A stretch of DNA of 64,000 bases from the human T2T-CHM13v2.0 reference genome, Homo sapiens (GCF_009914755.1 NC_060933.1), one strand, 5' to 3'; shown: positions 45,861 through 62,173, counted from the stretch's first letter. Translations and numbers: made by a program. The notes: a model not told the origin generated them from the sequence alone.

Positions 45861-47034
45861 ATTAATATATATTAGCCAATTCTTATTTTTCCACTCTCTT
45901 ATTTCCTTACCATATAACATGAAATATTTTAACGGGTTAACCTTATACCTCAGTGAAGTTAAAGAACAGCAAAAGAGGGATGTATGGCTCAGCTAGAAGA
46001 GAAATCAACATCACCCAAAGAAGGATAAGGTAACTTTCTATCTCGTTTTGGGTAATGAAGTTAGCATCTTTGAAGCAGTACAAGAAAGAGTTAAAAGTGT
46101 GATTTTTTTTTTTTTTTTAATCTACTAGGGTCTTTATTTGGAAGTTACATATGATTTAAAGAGCCATGTATAGATGTCAAGATCACAATGGGGTGAACTA
46201 TGGTGGTTTCATCCTGTGTCAATGCAGCTAAGCTAAAACTATTTCCCAGGTTCTCTGTCTGACCTGGTTCTGGGTAATGGCTTGATCACAGACAAATCTA
46301 CACAGGATTTAGAAGGTAGAAGTTTAGTAACAGTCATTATGCTAAACAGGCTAACATGGGGCCCGTGCCCTTGGCTTTCTCAGGTTGCTGTGAATCTGCC
46401 AACTTGTTGGGTTAAGTGGGACAGTGAGCAGCCCACGCTCCTGCCTCTGCTCTTCCAACTTCCAGGCCAGGAATGTGTGCAACTCTCTGGAAAAGTGTAC
46501 CAGCAGTTTCTTCTGCAAGGCACCTGTCAGTGTGGGATGAGGTCAGATAGATGTGCACTCTAGCCTGTTTTTGCTCGTTTCTACTTCTCATCCTACCGTG
46601 ACTTTAGGCAGAGATCCAGCTTTCCACTGACTTATCCACCACCTTGGTGGAACCTGGTTAGAGATTTTTCTCAGACCTCTAACTTGCTACCTTCTTGTAG
46701 AATTTTACTTGGTTTCTCCCACATTGCTTTTGCTTCTCCTATCCAACCTTTAATGGATACAATAGCAAACAGTTTTCCAGTGGTTCCAACAATTCATAAT
46801 CCAGCAGTGAATGAGAGTTCCCATTATGCAATATCCCTGACAACATTTGAGTCTGCCAGATTCTTCTAGTTTTTGCCAATCTGGTGGCAGTTAATAGTAC
46901 CTCACTGTGGTACTATCTTGCAAGTTCCTGATTACCATTAAGATGCACCAGTTGTTCCTTAGTTGGCCATTTGCATTTCTTCTTTTAAGTTATTTAAAAG
47001 TTTCTGAAAATGAGCATTCAGATTCATAAAATGA

Positions 47035-48850
47035 GTATTAGTTTTCTGAGGCTGCCATAGTAAAGTCCCATAAACTGCAGGGGGCTAGGGAATAAAAATA
47101 AAAGAAATGTACTGTCTCAAAGTTCTGGAGGTCAGAAGTCCAAAATTAAAGTGTTGGCAGATGTGCTCCCTCTGAAACCTGTAGGCGAATTCTTTTTTGC
47201 CTCTTCCTAGCTTCTGGAGGCTCCCGGCAATCTTGGTTGTTTCTTGGCTTGCAGCTGTGTGTAACTCCAATCTCTGCCTTTGTCACCACATGGCATTTTC
47301 TCCGTGTGTTTCTATGTCTTCACATGGCCACCTTCTTTTTTTTTTTTTTTTTATTGATCATTCTTGGGTGTTTCTCGCAGAGGGGGATTTGGCAGGGTCA
47401 CAGGACAATAGTGGAGGGAAGGTCAGCAGATAAACAAGTGAACAAAGGTCTCTGGTTTTCCTAGGCAGAGGACCCTGCGGCCTTCCGCAGTGTTTGTGTC
47501 CCTGGGTACTTGAGATTAGGGAGTGGTGATGACTCTTAACGAGCATGCTGCCTTCAAGCATCTGTTTAACAAAGCACATCTTGCACCGCCCTTAATCCAT
47601 TCAACCCTGAGTGGACACAGCACATGTTTCAGAGAGCACAGGGTTGGGGGTAAGGTCACAGATCAACAGGATCCCAAGGCAGAAGAATTTTTCTTAGTAC
47701 AGAACAAAATGAAAAGTCTCCCATGTCTACCTCTTTCTACACAGACACGGCAACCATCCGATTTCTCAATCTTTTCCCCACCTTTCCCCCCTTTCTATTC
47801 CACAAAACCGCCATTGTCATCATGGCCCGTTCTCAATGAGCTGTTGGGTACACCTCCCAGACGGGGTGGTGGCCGGGCAGAGGTGCTCCTCACTTCCCAG
47901 TAGGGGCGGCCGGGCAGAGGCGCCCCTCACCTCCCGGACAGGGCGGCTGGCCGGGCGGGGGGCTGACCCCCCCACCTCCCTCCCGGACGGGGCGGCTGGC
48001 CAGGCAGAGAGGCTCCTCACTTCCCAGTAGGGGCAGCCGGGCAGAGGCGCCCCTCACCTCCCGGACGGGGCGGCTGGCCAGGCGGAGGGGCTCCTCACTT
48101 CTCAGACGGGGCGGCTGCCGGGCGGAGGGGCTCCTCACTTCTCAGACGGGGCGGTTGCCAGGCAGAGGGTCTCCTCACTTCTCAGACGGGGCGGCCGGGC
48201 AGAGACGCTCCTCACATCCTGGACGAGGCAGCAGGGCAGAGGCGCTCCCCACATCTCAGACGATGGGCGGCCGGGCAGAGACGCTCCTCACTTCCTAGAT
48301 GGGATGGCGGCCGGGAAGAGGCGCTCCTCACTTCCTAGATGGGATGGCGGCCGGGCAGAGACGCTCCTCACTTTCCAGACTGGGCAGCCAGGCAGAGGGG
48401 CTCCTCACATCCCAGACGATTGGCAGCCAGGCAGAGATGCTCCTCACTTCCCAGACGGGGTGGCGGCCGGGCAGAGGCTGCAATCTCGGCACTTTGGGAG
48501 GCCAAGGCAGGCGGCTGGGAGATGGAGGTTGTAGCGAGCTGAGATCACGCCACTGCACTCCAGCCTGGGCACCATTGAGCACTGAGTGAACGAGACTCCG
48601 TCTGCAATCCCGGCACCTCAGGAGGCCAAGGCTGGCGGATCACTGGCGGTTAGGAGCTGGAGACCAGCCCGATGGCCACCTTCTTATAATGACAACAGTC
48701 ATACTGGATTAGGGGCCCACGCTACTCCAGTATGACCTCATCCTAACTAGTTACATCTGCGATAATCCTATTTCCACAGGTCACATTTAGAGATACAAGG
48801 GGTTAGGACATAATCTTTTTTTTTTCAGAGGTCACAATTCAATACGTAAC
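47035..48850 (-). mobile_element. MLT1-family MaLR solo LTR interrupted by the SVA
   Basis: MLT1 motifs (gttctggaggtcagaagtccaaaat; ggattaggggcccac...tatgacctcatc) are continuous across the SVA TSD. Confidence 0.8.
47338..48671 (-). mobile_element. SVA retrotransposon (SVA_D-like), 5'-truncated, sense to IARS1
   Basis: PolyT, SINE-R (about 47353-47850), GC-rich VNTR (about 47850-48475) and a partial Alu-like domain, with no CCCTCT hexamer. TSD atggccaccttctt at 47324-47337 and 48672-48685. Confidence 0.95.
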
Positions 48851-49528
48851 AGCGGGAGAATGCATCTATAATTCTTTAAAAATTTTTCAGGTTTGCTTTA
48901 TTGAGAATCCAGACTTAGTGAGATCCAGGCATTGTGTTTAATAAAGTTAAAACTCACGGTTGGGTGTGGTAGCTCACACCTGGAATCTCGGCACTTTGGG
49001 AGGCCAAGGCAGGGGGACTGCTTAAGGCCCTGGGTTCAAGACCAGACTGGGCAATATACTGACTTGGTCTCTCCAAAAAAATTAAATAAAATTAGCCAAG
49101 CATGGTGGTGGCATGCCTGTAGTCCCAGTTACTTGGGAGGTCAAGGCAGGAGGATTACTTGAGCCCAGGAGGCCGAGGGTGCAGTGAGCCATGACTGCAT
49201 CACTGTACTCCAGCATGGGTGACAGAGTGAGACCCTGTCTCAAAAACAAAAACAACCTCACAACAGAGGACTCTGAAGCCTGAAGTCCACCAGCTAGCTA
49301 ACAGGTGAGAGGGAAAGATTAGATCCATTAAGCCCAGGGTTTTCAGTCACATGACACAATGAGGAGGCATGAATAGACACTGCAGGCAGGCACTGCTGAA
49401 GAGTTGGGCCCTGACTCAAGAGAGTTAGGAAAAATGCAAAAGTTGTATAGTACAACTGACAGCAAATTAAGACCTTCACCAATCCATCTTGAGTCAAAGG
49501 ACGTAGGCTCCTCTCACTTTCCACATAC

Positions 49529-49654
49529 CTGTTTCATCATGGAAGACAGCCAGCTCTGTATTTTTCACACCAAAAATGCTAGTGACAACACTCTTCAGCT
49601 TTAAAAGGTCCAACCTATTGTCACCTTTTGGATTTTCCAGGAGCAATACTCCAC
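49529..49654 (-). CDS. IARS1: IARS1 coding exon, UNE-I repeat 1 (GGVLLLENPKG...FHDET)
   Basis: 126 nt with ttttag| acceptor and CAG|gtatgt donor, phase 1/1. Confidence 0.96.
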
Positions 49655-49779
49655 CTAAAAAGCCACAAAAATAACACCTCAATCAGACAAATAAAACTAA
49701 AAAGAAAATGTTACATTTGGAGGAAAAGGGATACAAAGGGGTTCAAGCCCTAATATTTTTCCTTTTCCCCCAACTATAC

Positions 49780-49884
49780 ACTATATATATGTGTATATAT
49801 AGCTTATTATATACATATAAAAGCATACCAAGGATGGATATATATACATATATATACATATATAGTGTATATGCAATATATACA

Positions 49885-49917
<33 letters not shown>
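49780..49917. repeat. (TA)n/(CA)n compound microsatellite
   Basis: Degenerate TA run followed by (CA)~15. Confidence 0.9.
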
Positions 49918-49918
<1 letters not shown>

Positions 49919-51960
49919 CTCCATCCTTGGCATGTGTTTTGGCAATCCTTGGTAGCTATGGTCCAGGCATAGAACTCTACCAGGCAATCTGTTCTTGTCT
50001 TTTTCTAGATTTAAACCTTTGTATTCATGATTCTTATTTATGATTGTCATTTTTCATTTTGTGCCATATGTATATTCCCACAGGTCACGATGGTTAAAAA
50101 TACTATCTGACCCCTGATGTTGATTTATTCTGCACCTTAGATTCATGTACGGATATTTACTTTATTAATATATTTGAACATTTTGAGTTAATTGTAGAGC
50201 CAAATGCACGTAGTGAGATACCACAGGCCCCTTACCCAGTTTCCCCTAATGGTGACATTTTACAAAACTACAGTGTATACCACAACCAGCATATTGACAC
50301 TGATGCAATCCACTGATCCTATTCAGATTGCCTCAGTTTTACTTTTACTCACTGGGGCATGTGTACACGTGGGTATGTTTAGTTCTATGCAATTTTATCA
50401 CTCGTGTAAAATCCTGTACCCATCACCATCATTAAGATACAGAGTAGTTCTGCCACCATGAGAATCCTCGTGTTGCCTTTTAATATCCATACCCAATTCC
50501 CTCCCAGGCCCATTCCCTCCTTAATCCCTGGCAAACAGTCTCCATTTCTATAATCTTATCATTTAAAACATGTTATGTGAATGCAATCATACAGTATGGA
50601 ACCTTTTGGGACTTTTTTTATTTGGCAACAATTTCTTTTCTTTTCTTTTTTTTTTTGAGATGGAGTTTAGCTTTGTCGCTCAGGCTAGAATGCAGTAGTG
50701 CGATTTCGGCTCACCGCAACCTCTGCCTCCTGGATTCAAGAGATTCTCCTGTTTCAACCTCCCAAGTAGCTGGGATTACAAGCACCCACAACCACGCCTG
50801 GCTAATTTTTGTATTTTTTCAGTAGAGACGGGGTTTCACCATGTTGGCCAGGCTGGTCTCAAACTCCTGACCTCAGGTGATCTGCCTGCCTCGGCTTCCC
50901 AAAGTGCTGGGATTACAGGCATGAGCAACTGTGCCTGGCCTCAGTTGGCATCAATTTCTAAGGATTAAAATAAGTTACTGTGCTGATAGTTGTTCCTTTT
51001 TATTACTGTGTAATGTTCTATGATATGTACCCCAGTTTGCTTAGCCATTTATCTGCTGAAGAATATCTGGGTCATCTATAGTTTGGTGCTATTATGAATA
51101 TAAGTACTATATACATTCATGTGGTGGTGAACATAGTTTTCAGTTCTCTGGGATAAACACCTAGGAGTGCAACTGCGAGTCATTATAGAAAGCACATATT
51201 TAGTTTTCTGATACTGCCGAACTATTTTCCAGAGTGATCATACCATTCTATATTCTCACCAGCAATGTATGAGATACAGCATTTGGTGCTGTCACTACTT
51301 GCAATTTTAGTCATTGTGATAGCTGTGTATTAAGACCTCAATGTGATTTCAACTTGAATTTTCCTAACGGCTAATGACGTTAAATGTTGTCATGGACATT
51401 TCTGTCATTTGTATATTCCCTTTGGTAAATGTCTGTTCATATCTCTACCCCATTTTCTAACTGGATTTTTCTTTACTGTTGAGATTTAAAAGATCTTTAC
51501 GTATTCTAGATATGTCTTTTGTCAAATATGTTGTTTTATAAAGATTTTCTCCCAGTCTGTAGCTTGTCTTTCATCCTTTTATAGGATGTTCAAAGCAAAA
51601 CCTAAATTTTCATTTAGTTCAATATATCACTTTTCCCTTTTAAGGACAGTGTTTTGTGTCAAGGCTTTAAAACTCTTTGTTTAATGTTTAAATGAAAAAT
51701 CTTAAGACTTTTCCAAAAATACTAGTAGAGCACTTTGGCCACCTAAGTAAGTAACCTTAATTTATTCCATCTGCTGGGAATATACTTTTGATCCAGCTAT
51801 TGTTTCATAAACTAGTGTGTTTTATATTATAGTACCTAGCACATGGCTACAGTTTTCAAATGAAAGCTAAGAAATCTGCTTATCTGTATGCTTATACATG
51901 CCTGTGCATGTAGGTATGTTACGTATATGTGTTATTTTTTTCTTTTTTTTTTTTTTTTGA

Positions 51961-52134
<174 letters not shown>

Positions 52135-54296
52135 TAGTAGAGATGGAGTTTCTCCATGTTAGTCAGGCTGGTCTTGAACTCCTGACCTCAGGTGATCTGC
52201 CTGCATCGGCCTCCAAAAGGGCTAGGATTACAGGCGTGAGCCACCGCACCCAGCCATGAGATGTTTTTCTACCTCCAGATGGTATGGTCAAAAATTAATT
52301 CATAAAAGATTTCTATTTAATTGATTTAAAGAAAAATAAGCATTTCACATAAATTAAGTATTCTCTCAGCAATATAGAAACCAACACACATGCTTTTCAA
52401 GTTCATGTGACTTGGGTAAGAATATATAATGCAGATATACAACTTTTAAATCCTACCAGGATTTATTATCAAATAAGTTTATGTTACCTCCACTACATAT
52501 TTATAATTATACAACTATGAGTTCAACCTATGAACAATGTGCAAGTGGGTGCCAGTATCCATTACTTCACGTTTTTCGAGTGCAGCAAAAAAACAAAAAA
52601 TCTCATCTATTAAACTTTTTAGGATTCTTGTTTTTGTGAAGACTGCCGAACATGCACATGCTGTAAAAGTAGCTAACAGAGAAATAACTTAATGATAGCT
52701 AGCTTTGTTTGTGTTATGTCTACTCAAAAATAGCTCCCCACTGGTAATTTACAGCCTAGGGGTTTTGTTAATTTAAATGATGAATATTCATTGGATATGT
52801 AGATATTTTCCAAATAAAATACTGAAGCATTAATAGTGGAACATAAATTATACTACAAGGAAGCATATGTTTCTACAAATTTGATTCATAGATTTGCCAA
52901 TCTATAGAATGCTGATGTGACAGTTATAACTAGAATAAGAGAAATGATTCTGTATGTGAGGAAAAGACATGGTTTTGGTAAGGTGAAGCTATGAAGTATG
53001 AAGGATGTGTGTTCGTTAAGAGAAAAAGACTAACTTTTGCCTTATAGTAGAATGACTTGTTTCACAGTAAGAGGAAGAATTTAATCCAAAACAGAAGGGT
53101 ATGAGAAAGTTGTAGTAGGTTTGTGGAAGAGGAATCTTGGAAAAGGAATTTTATGTGTGGTCAACCTGGGTAAGTTCTGAATGAATTTATTTATAAATTA
53201 TCAAATTAATAAGCCTTAATAATACCAGCACTTTGGGAGGCTGAGGTAGGAGGATTGCTTGAGTCCAGGAGTTCAAGACCAGACTGGGCAGTGTAGTGAG
53301 ACACTGTCTCTACAGAAAAGAAAACAGAGAAACAGAGTCCTCTCTATTAAAACTGCTCAGGTCTTTTTATAACTTTGTGACTTTCTATATTTGCCTTTGA
53401 TATTTTTAATTATCACTCTGGTTAAATGAGTGACTGTAGCTTCAGTGACCTGCAATCCTATTAATCAAGTGTTTTAAGCCTTTGATATTTTTTACTAGCT
53501 TCCCAAAATCAAACTCTAAACTTAAGTCTTTCTGACCTCAAGCTAACTTTGGGAGCTTTCAGAGGCCCCCTGAAATATCTCAAGAGAATTTTCTTTCATT
53601 ATGAAGAGAAACAGTAAACAAGTTAGACTTATTTGACTACGTTAGATCTGCATGGGAAGCGCTGTCAAATAAGAAATGTTGTTTAACCTTCTTTAACTTG
53701 TACAAATAATGTGTTCCAGAAATTGTGTGAAATTCTTAGAAATCTGATAGCCTGGTCTAATGTTATCAGTCATAATTCTAGTTACCTTAAAATGCTGTAT
53801 ACCACAGAAATAACTAAACTTCCTTGTCAATTGCAACATTAGTATAATGAACTCTCATTAGATATTTAACCATGGCCATTTAAAGTCTTGTCATCCAACG
53901 ATAGTTAATTGTTTTACTCTGGCACTTTCCTGAAAACTATTGTAAGCAACAGTGAATCTAAAGTGTTTCATCTTTGAGGAGATGCAATGGAAAGGACTCT
54001 GACAAGTACAGGTTTCTGATGTTAAGATCACACCATTGGACTGGGTAAGAATTATCATAACTCTTGTGAAGTAATTAACTAATTCATGATGCTGTCACAA
54101 TGGCAATGACATTTTAACCTGAGTTTTGGAGGACACACTCAAACCACAGCAGGATAGAAGATACATTTTTACTATATTGAATCTTCTAATCCATACACGT
54201 CTCTCCACTTACTTAGATTTTGTCTGATTTTTTTCATCACTATTTTGAAGTTTTCAGTATACAAGTCCCAACATGTTTTATTAGGTTTACATCTGA

Positions 54297-54470
<174 letters not shown>

Positions 54471-54725
54471 TAGAGACGGGGTCTCACTTTGTTGCCGAGG
54501 CTGGTCTCGAACTCCCAGGCTAAAGTAATCCTCCTGCCTAAGCCTCCCAAAATGCTGGGAATACATGCGTGAACCACCACGCCTGACCTAGCATCTTTTT
54601 TTAAGTGACTGTAAATGATACCACATTTTTAATTTCATTGCCCACTTGTTCATTGCTAGTATAGATTGCTATTATGAAATAAAATTCATTTTTGTATGTT
54701 TATCTTACATCCTGTGACTCAAAAG

Positions 54726-55374
54726 TTTTTTTCTTTTTTATAAGCAATATGATTTCTATTCAATTACTTTGGAAACCCAATTAATGCTTGAATCCAAAGG
54801 GTATAGAAAAAGGCCAAACATTTAAAAATAACAGATTTAGCGATGATTTGTATGGTTTTTTCCCTCATAATATGAATGCTTTCAGCAGGACAGTAAATTG
54901 CAAAACATATCAAATCATATTAAGGCAGACGACCAAGCTGTGGCTGCATTTAAAGCTATTACTAAGAAAATAATCTTGGAGTTGAGAGCTCTTCTTTCCA
55001 GGTGTCTGGTCAACTGACCCAGGAATGGCCAGTCCTGGAGTTGGTAGATGGGAAAATAGGCCCTACCTGTCTTATCACTGCTCATGCTGCTGGCCCTCTG
55101 TACAAGAACACTGTTCTTGTTTACATTACTGATGCACACCACTGACCATCCGATTCCTTCTACAGGGTAACCTGAGACAGCCAGGATGTTGGCAGTGATG
55201 GACCAGCTCAATGCCATACAACATCACTGAAGTTGCAAAGCAGTTCAGGGAACCATGTACTGTCTGAGACATCATCACAGGTCTAAATAAACACACAACC
55301 ATCATGGGAGCAGCTGGCATGGGAAGATCAATATGGTGATCCCAGGCCACATCTTAAAACCAGGCAATATGAGC
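54726..55374 (-). pseudogene. Processed SEC13 retrocopy (3' CDS, 3' UTR and polyA remnant), 5'-truncated and degenerate
   Basis: Degenerate translation DVAW...ASCSHDGCVFI*TCDD...FSDVVWH/SWSITANILAVS/VTL*KES...CISNVNK matches the SEC13 C-terminal WD40 repeats. It is intronless and followed by a SEC13-like 3' UTR ending ...catattgcttata plus an A tract. Confidence 0.88.
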
Positions 55375-55391
55375 TTTTTTTTTTTTTTTGA

Positions 55392-55499
<108 letters not shown>

Positions 55500-56021
55500 T
55501 AGCTGGGAGTACAGGTGACCGCCATCACACCTAATTCTTTATATTTTTTCGACAGGGTTTCACCATGTTGGCCGGGCTGGTCTTGAACTCCTGACCTCAG
55601 GTGATCTGCCTGCCTTAGCTCCCAAAGTGGGATTACAGGCGTGAGCCACCAAGCCTGGCTTATTTTTTCAGGTGTTTGTATGTATGTTCCTTATGATTTT
55701 CTATAGAGTCAGCTTTATTCCTTTCTTTATCTGCATGACTTTTATTTCCTCGTCATGCCGTGGTCCACTGGCTAGAACTTCCAGTACAATGTCGAATATG
55801 AGTTGTGATTGCCTTGTTCCTGATTTTAGGTAGAAAGAATTCAGGCTTTCCCCATTAGGTATAATGGTAGCTGTAGGATTTTTGCAAAATGCTCATTATC
55901 CAGTCCACAAAGGTCTCATCTCTTCCTATTTTTGTGAGGATTTTCATCATGAATGGGTGTTGAATTTGATCAAATGCTTTTTATGAATCAACTGCTATAC
56001 TCATGTAATCTTTTAGTCTGA

Positions 56022-56273
<252 letters not shown>

Positions 56274-56422
56274 TGAACTCCTGACCTTGTGATCCACCCG
56301 CCTCAGCCTCCCAAAGTGCTGGGATTACAGGCGTGACCCACCTCGCCTGGACTAGATTGATTTTTAAATATTGAATCAGCCTTGCATCCCTGGAATAAAT
56401 CCCACTTGGTGATGGTGCATAA

Positions 56423-56848
<426 letters not shown>

Positions 56849-58771
56849 TAGCAGGTTAATAACCACATAAAATGAGTGAAATGTTCCTTCCTCTTCTATT
56901 TTCTGGAAGAGTCTGTGTACAACTGGTGTTAATTCTGGTAAGAATTCTCCAGTGAAACTGGGCCTGGAGATTAGTTCAGAGATTTTAAATTACAAATTCA
57001 TCTCCTTAATAATTATAGGGCCATTAAAATTATCTGTTTGATATTGTGTGAGTTGTAGTAGTTTGTGTTTTTTAGAAACAGGGTTCACTTCAGGCCAGGA
57101 ACAGTGGCTCAAACCTGTAATCCCAGCATTTTGGGAGGCCAAAGAAGGCCAGACCACTTGAGGCCAGGAGTTTGAGACCAGACTGGCCAACAGGGTGAAA
57201 CCCCGTCTCTACAAAAAAATACAAAAATTCATCAGGCGTGGTGTGGCACACCTGGAATCCCAGCTACTCGGGAGGCTGAGGCATGAGAATCACTTGAACC
57301 CAGGAGGTGGAGGTTGCAGTGAGCTGAGTTGGCATCACTGCACTGTCCAGCCTGGGCGACAAGCATCCAAGTTGTCAAACTTACATATGGAGATTTATTC
57401 ATAGTATTTGCGTTTTTGATTTTGGCAATCTGTATCAATAATTCTTTTTATTCCTGATATGCAACTGTGTCTTCTTTTTCTTTATTAGTCTCACTAGAGG
57501 TTTATTAATTTTGCTGAATTTTTGGGTAAGAACCAGATTTCTGTATCATTAATTTTCTCTATCGTTTTTGTTTTCAATTGCACTGATCTCTTATTTTTAT
57601 GTTTTTCCTTCTTCTTACTTTGCATTTATTCTGCCTTTTTTTCCTATCTAGTTTCTTGAGTTTAGACCTTAGGTTATGACTTGAAACCATCTTTCTTTCA
57701 GTTTTTAGTGCAACAGATTTCCGTCTCAGGACTGCTTTAGCCACATTCCACATATTTTGATGTCGTATTTTCCTTTACACTCAGTTCTATGTTTCTTTCC
57801 CTCTTGAGACTTCTTCCCTAATCATGGATAATTTAAAAGCATGTTGTTTATTTTTAAGAGTGTGGAGATTTTCATTATTATATTACTAATTAATAGTTTG
57901 ATTCTACTGTGGTCAGAGAGCACACTCTGGTTTCAACTGTATTAATTGGTTGAGGTTTGTTTTATGGCCCAGGTTATAATGTATCTCAGCAAAGTTCTGT
58001 GAGAGCTCAAAAATAATTTATATTCTGCTATTTTTGGCTGAGGTGTTCTAACTGGTCTATTGATTACTGAAAAAGGTACTTTGAAGTCTCCAACTATAGT
58101 TGTAGATTTGTCTATTTCTCCTTTAATGTCTGTATCTTTTTATTTCATGTATTTTGTAACTCTTTTGTTAGACGCATATAAATTTAGGATCACTGTTTTC
58201 TTTGTGTACTGACACTTCTATCATTATTTAATGCCCCTGGTAATTTTCTTTGCTCTGAAGTCTGTTTCATCTAATACAAACATGACCATTCCTGCTTCTT
58301 TTGATTAATGTTTGCATAGTATATATTTTTCTACCCTTTTACTTTCAACTCACCTGTATCATTATATTAGAAGTTTGTTATAGACAGCATATACTTGGCT
58401 AATGTGTTTTTAACAATATGCCAATCTTTCATTTGTTCTGCTTGTTTTTTTGAGACAGAGTCTCGCTCTGTCACCCAGTATAGAGTATAGGAGCGTGATC
58501 TTGGCTCACTGCAACCTCCGCCTCCCGGGTTCAAGCGATTCTCCTGTCTCAGCCTCCTGAGTAGCTGGGACTATAGGCGCCCGCCACCAAGCCTGGCTAA
58601 TTTTTGTATTTTTAGTAGAGGTGGGGTTTCATTATGTTGGCCAGGCTGGTCTTGAACTCTTGACCTCAGGTGATCCGCCTGCCTTGGCCTTCCAGTGTTG
58701 GGATTACAGGCGTGAGCCACTGTGCCTGGCATATTTGTTCTGATTTTCTCTCCTAGCTTCTTGTGGGTTAC

Positions 58772-59182
58772 TGATATAGTTTGGATATTTGTCTCCTCCA
58801 ACTCTCATGTTGAAATGTGATCCTCAATGTGGGAAAGTGGGGCTTAGTGGGAGGTGTTTGGGTCACTGGTGCCGATCCCTCATGAATGGCTTGGTACCCT
58901 TGTTGCAGTAATGAGTGAGTTCTCACTCTGTTCGTTCATGCGATAGCTGGTTATTTAAAAGAGCCTGGCTTCTATCTTGCTCCCTCTCTTCATCATGTGA
59001 TACACTTGCTCCCACTTCATCTTCTGTAAAGCAGAGTAAAAGCTTCTTGAGGCCCTCAACAGAAGCAGATGCTTGTGCCGTGCTTCTCATACAGCCTGCA
59101 GAGCTGTGAGCCAAATAAACCTTCTTTATAAACTAGCCAGCCTCAGGTATTCCTTTATAGCAATGAAAAATGGACTAATACA
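58772..59182 (+). mobile_element. MST (MaLR) LTR
   Basis: tgatatagtttggat ... ggactaataca termini. Confidence 0.85.
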
Positions 59183-59391
59183 GTTACTTAAAACATATTT
59201 TAGAGTTCCATTTTTTATTTTTCTAGGGTTTTATATGTATCCTGTGGTATAGTCTTTTCTTAGTGGTAACTCCAAGTAGTACCTAACATAAACATAACTT
59301 CCTAAGGTCCACTGGTGTCAATATTTTACCGGTTTGTGACAAATGTAGAAACCTCGCTCCTTTGTAATTGTCTTAACTATTATTTCTTGTT

Positions 59392-59566
59392 CAGTAAATC
59401 CTTAATGTTGCTGGTAGGTTCTTGGAAACTGTGACTTCAAGCAGAATGATGTACTATATAATAAACCAACTTTACCACAGGAGTTAAGTTCCCATGGCAC
59501 ACAGTACATCACTTCACTTAAAGTTGCAGGACCCAAGAACTCACTGATGATGTTGAGGCCTTAGTG
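59392..59566. mobile_element. MER82-like TcMar-Tigger MITE, internally deleted
   Basis: Degenerate TIRs cagtaaatcctt... / ...gaggccttagtg; internal taggttcttggaaactgtgactt. Confidence 0.6.
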
Positions 59567-60722
59567 TATATACACAGAGAACCACATCGAACAATGATAT
59601 AGTGCTTGCTGGACCCATGAGAGTAATGAAAGTCTATTGAATTACCCTCCATTTTGATTTTCCATTTTTCTTTTTTCCTTCCTGATGTTTCTGGATTCCC
59701 TCTTTCATTATTTCCTTTCTGTGGTAAGAACATCCTTTAGCTACTCTTTTAGGACTGGTCTGCTGGGAACGGATTCTTTTAGTTTTCTTTCACTTGAGAA
59801 TGTCTTTATTTTCCCATCATCCTGAAGGGTATTTCTGATTGATATGGAATTCTTGGTAGACAATACTTATCTTTCAGCACTTGAAAAATGCTGCCTTTTC
59901 ATTTTCTGGCCTCTGTAGTTCCTGATGAAAAATCCAATATCATTTGTTCTTCCCCTGTAAGTTAGGTGTTATATCTTTTTCACTGCACACAAGACTTTTT
60001 TTGTCTTTGGTTTTCAAAAGTTTGATTATGATATATGTAGATGTGGATTCTTTTGGGTTTATCCTGTTTGGGTTTCACGCATACCTTAACTGACACTACA
60101 GAGGAGTTGCTCGTGGTGTGTGGCCTCACTGCTGCCATGCATTTGTAAATGGGAGGGATGCCTTGTTACTGCCCAGAAGGGATGGAAATCTAGGCTTTCC
60201 ATGTGGCCTCCACTGATGCCACCGGGCAGAGGGGCTCATTACTGCCCCCCACTAGGATGAAAGTCCCAGCTTCCTACTTTGTCTTCTCTGATACCCCTGT
60301 GACAGGGGAGGGGTCTTCAGCTTGGCAAGGGTGAAGTCCAGGCTCCCCACTTGGCCTTTGCTAATGTGGGTGGTGGTGGGGCCATAGTTTTTTCTATGGT
60401 GTCTGGCTAGAGTAGAGCAGTTACTGTTTCAAAATTTTCTGTCTTGCTAGGCTGCCCATCTCTTGATCCTTTGTCAAGGGAGCAGAATTTTTGTTGAGGC
60501 TTTCTTTGGTCTGTACTTGACATTTCCAGGTTGCCAGCTTCTTCAGTTCCAACTTTGGGTATACGAGGCAGAAAAGAAAACCCTGAACTTACTACTTTTA
60601 GGTCACTTGGTTACAAGGTCCTTAGGTGGTCTGCTTTCTTCCTTACATCTTTGAGAGTCTTCTTATGCTTGTTTTTACATGTAATATCCAGGGTGTTTAG
60701 ATGTATTTAGCAGGAGGAATAG

Positions 60723-62173
<1,451 letters not shown>

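Noticed and set aside
47523-48589. GC-rich ORFs and apparent CpG-island promoter
   Set aside because: They lie entirely within the SVA SINE-R/VNTR.
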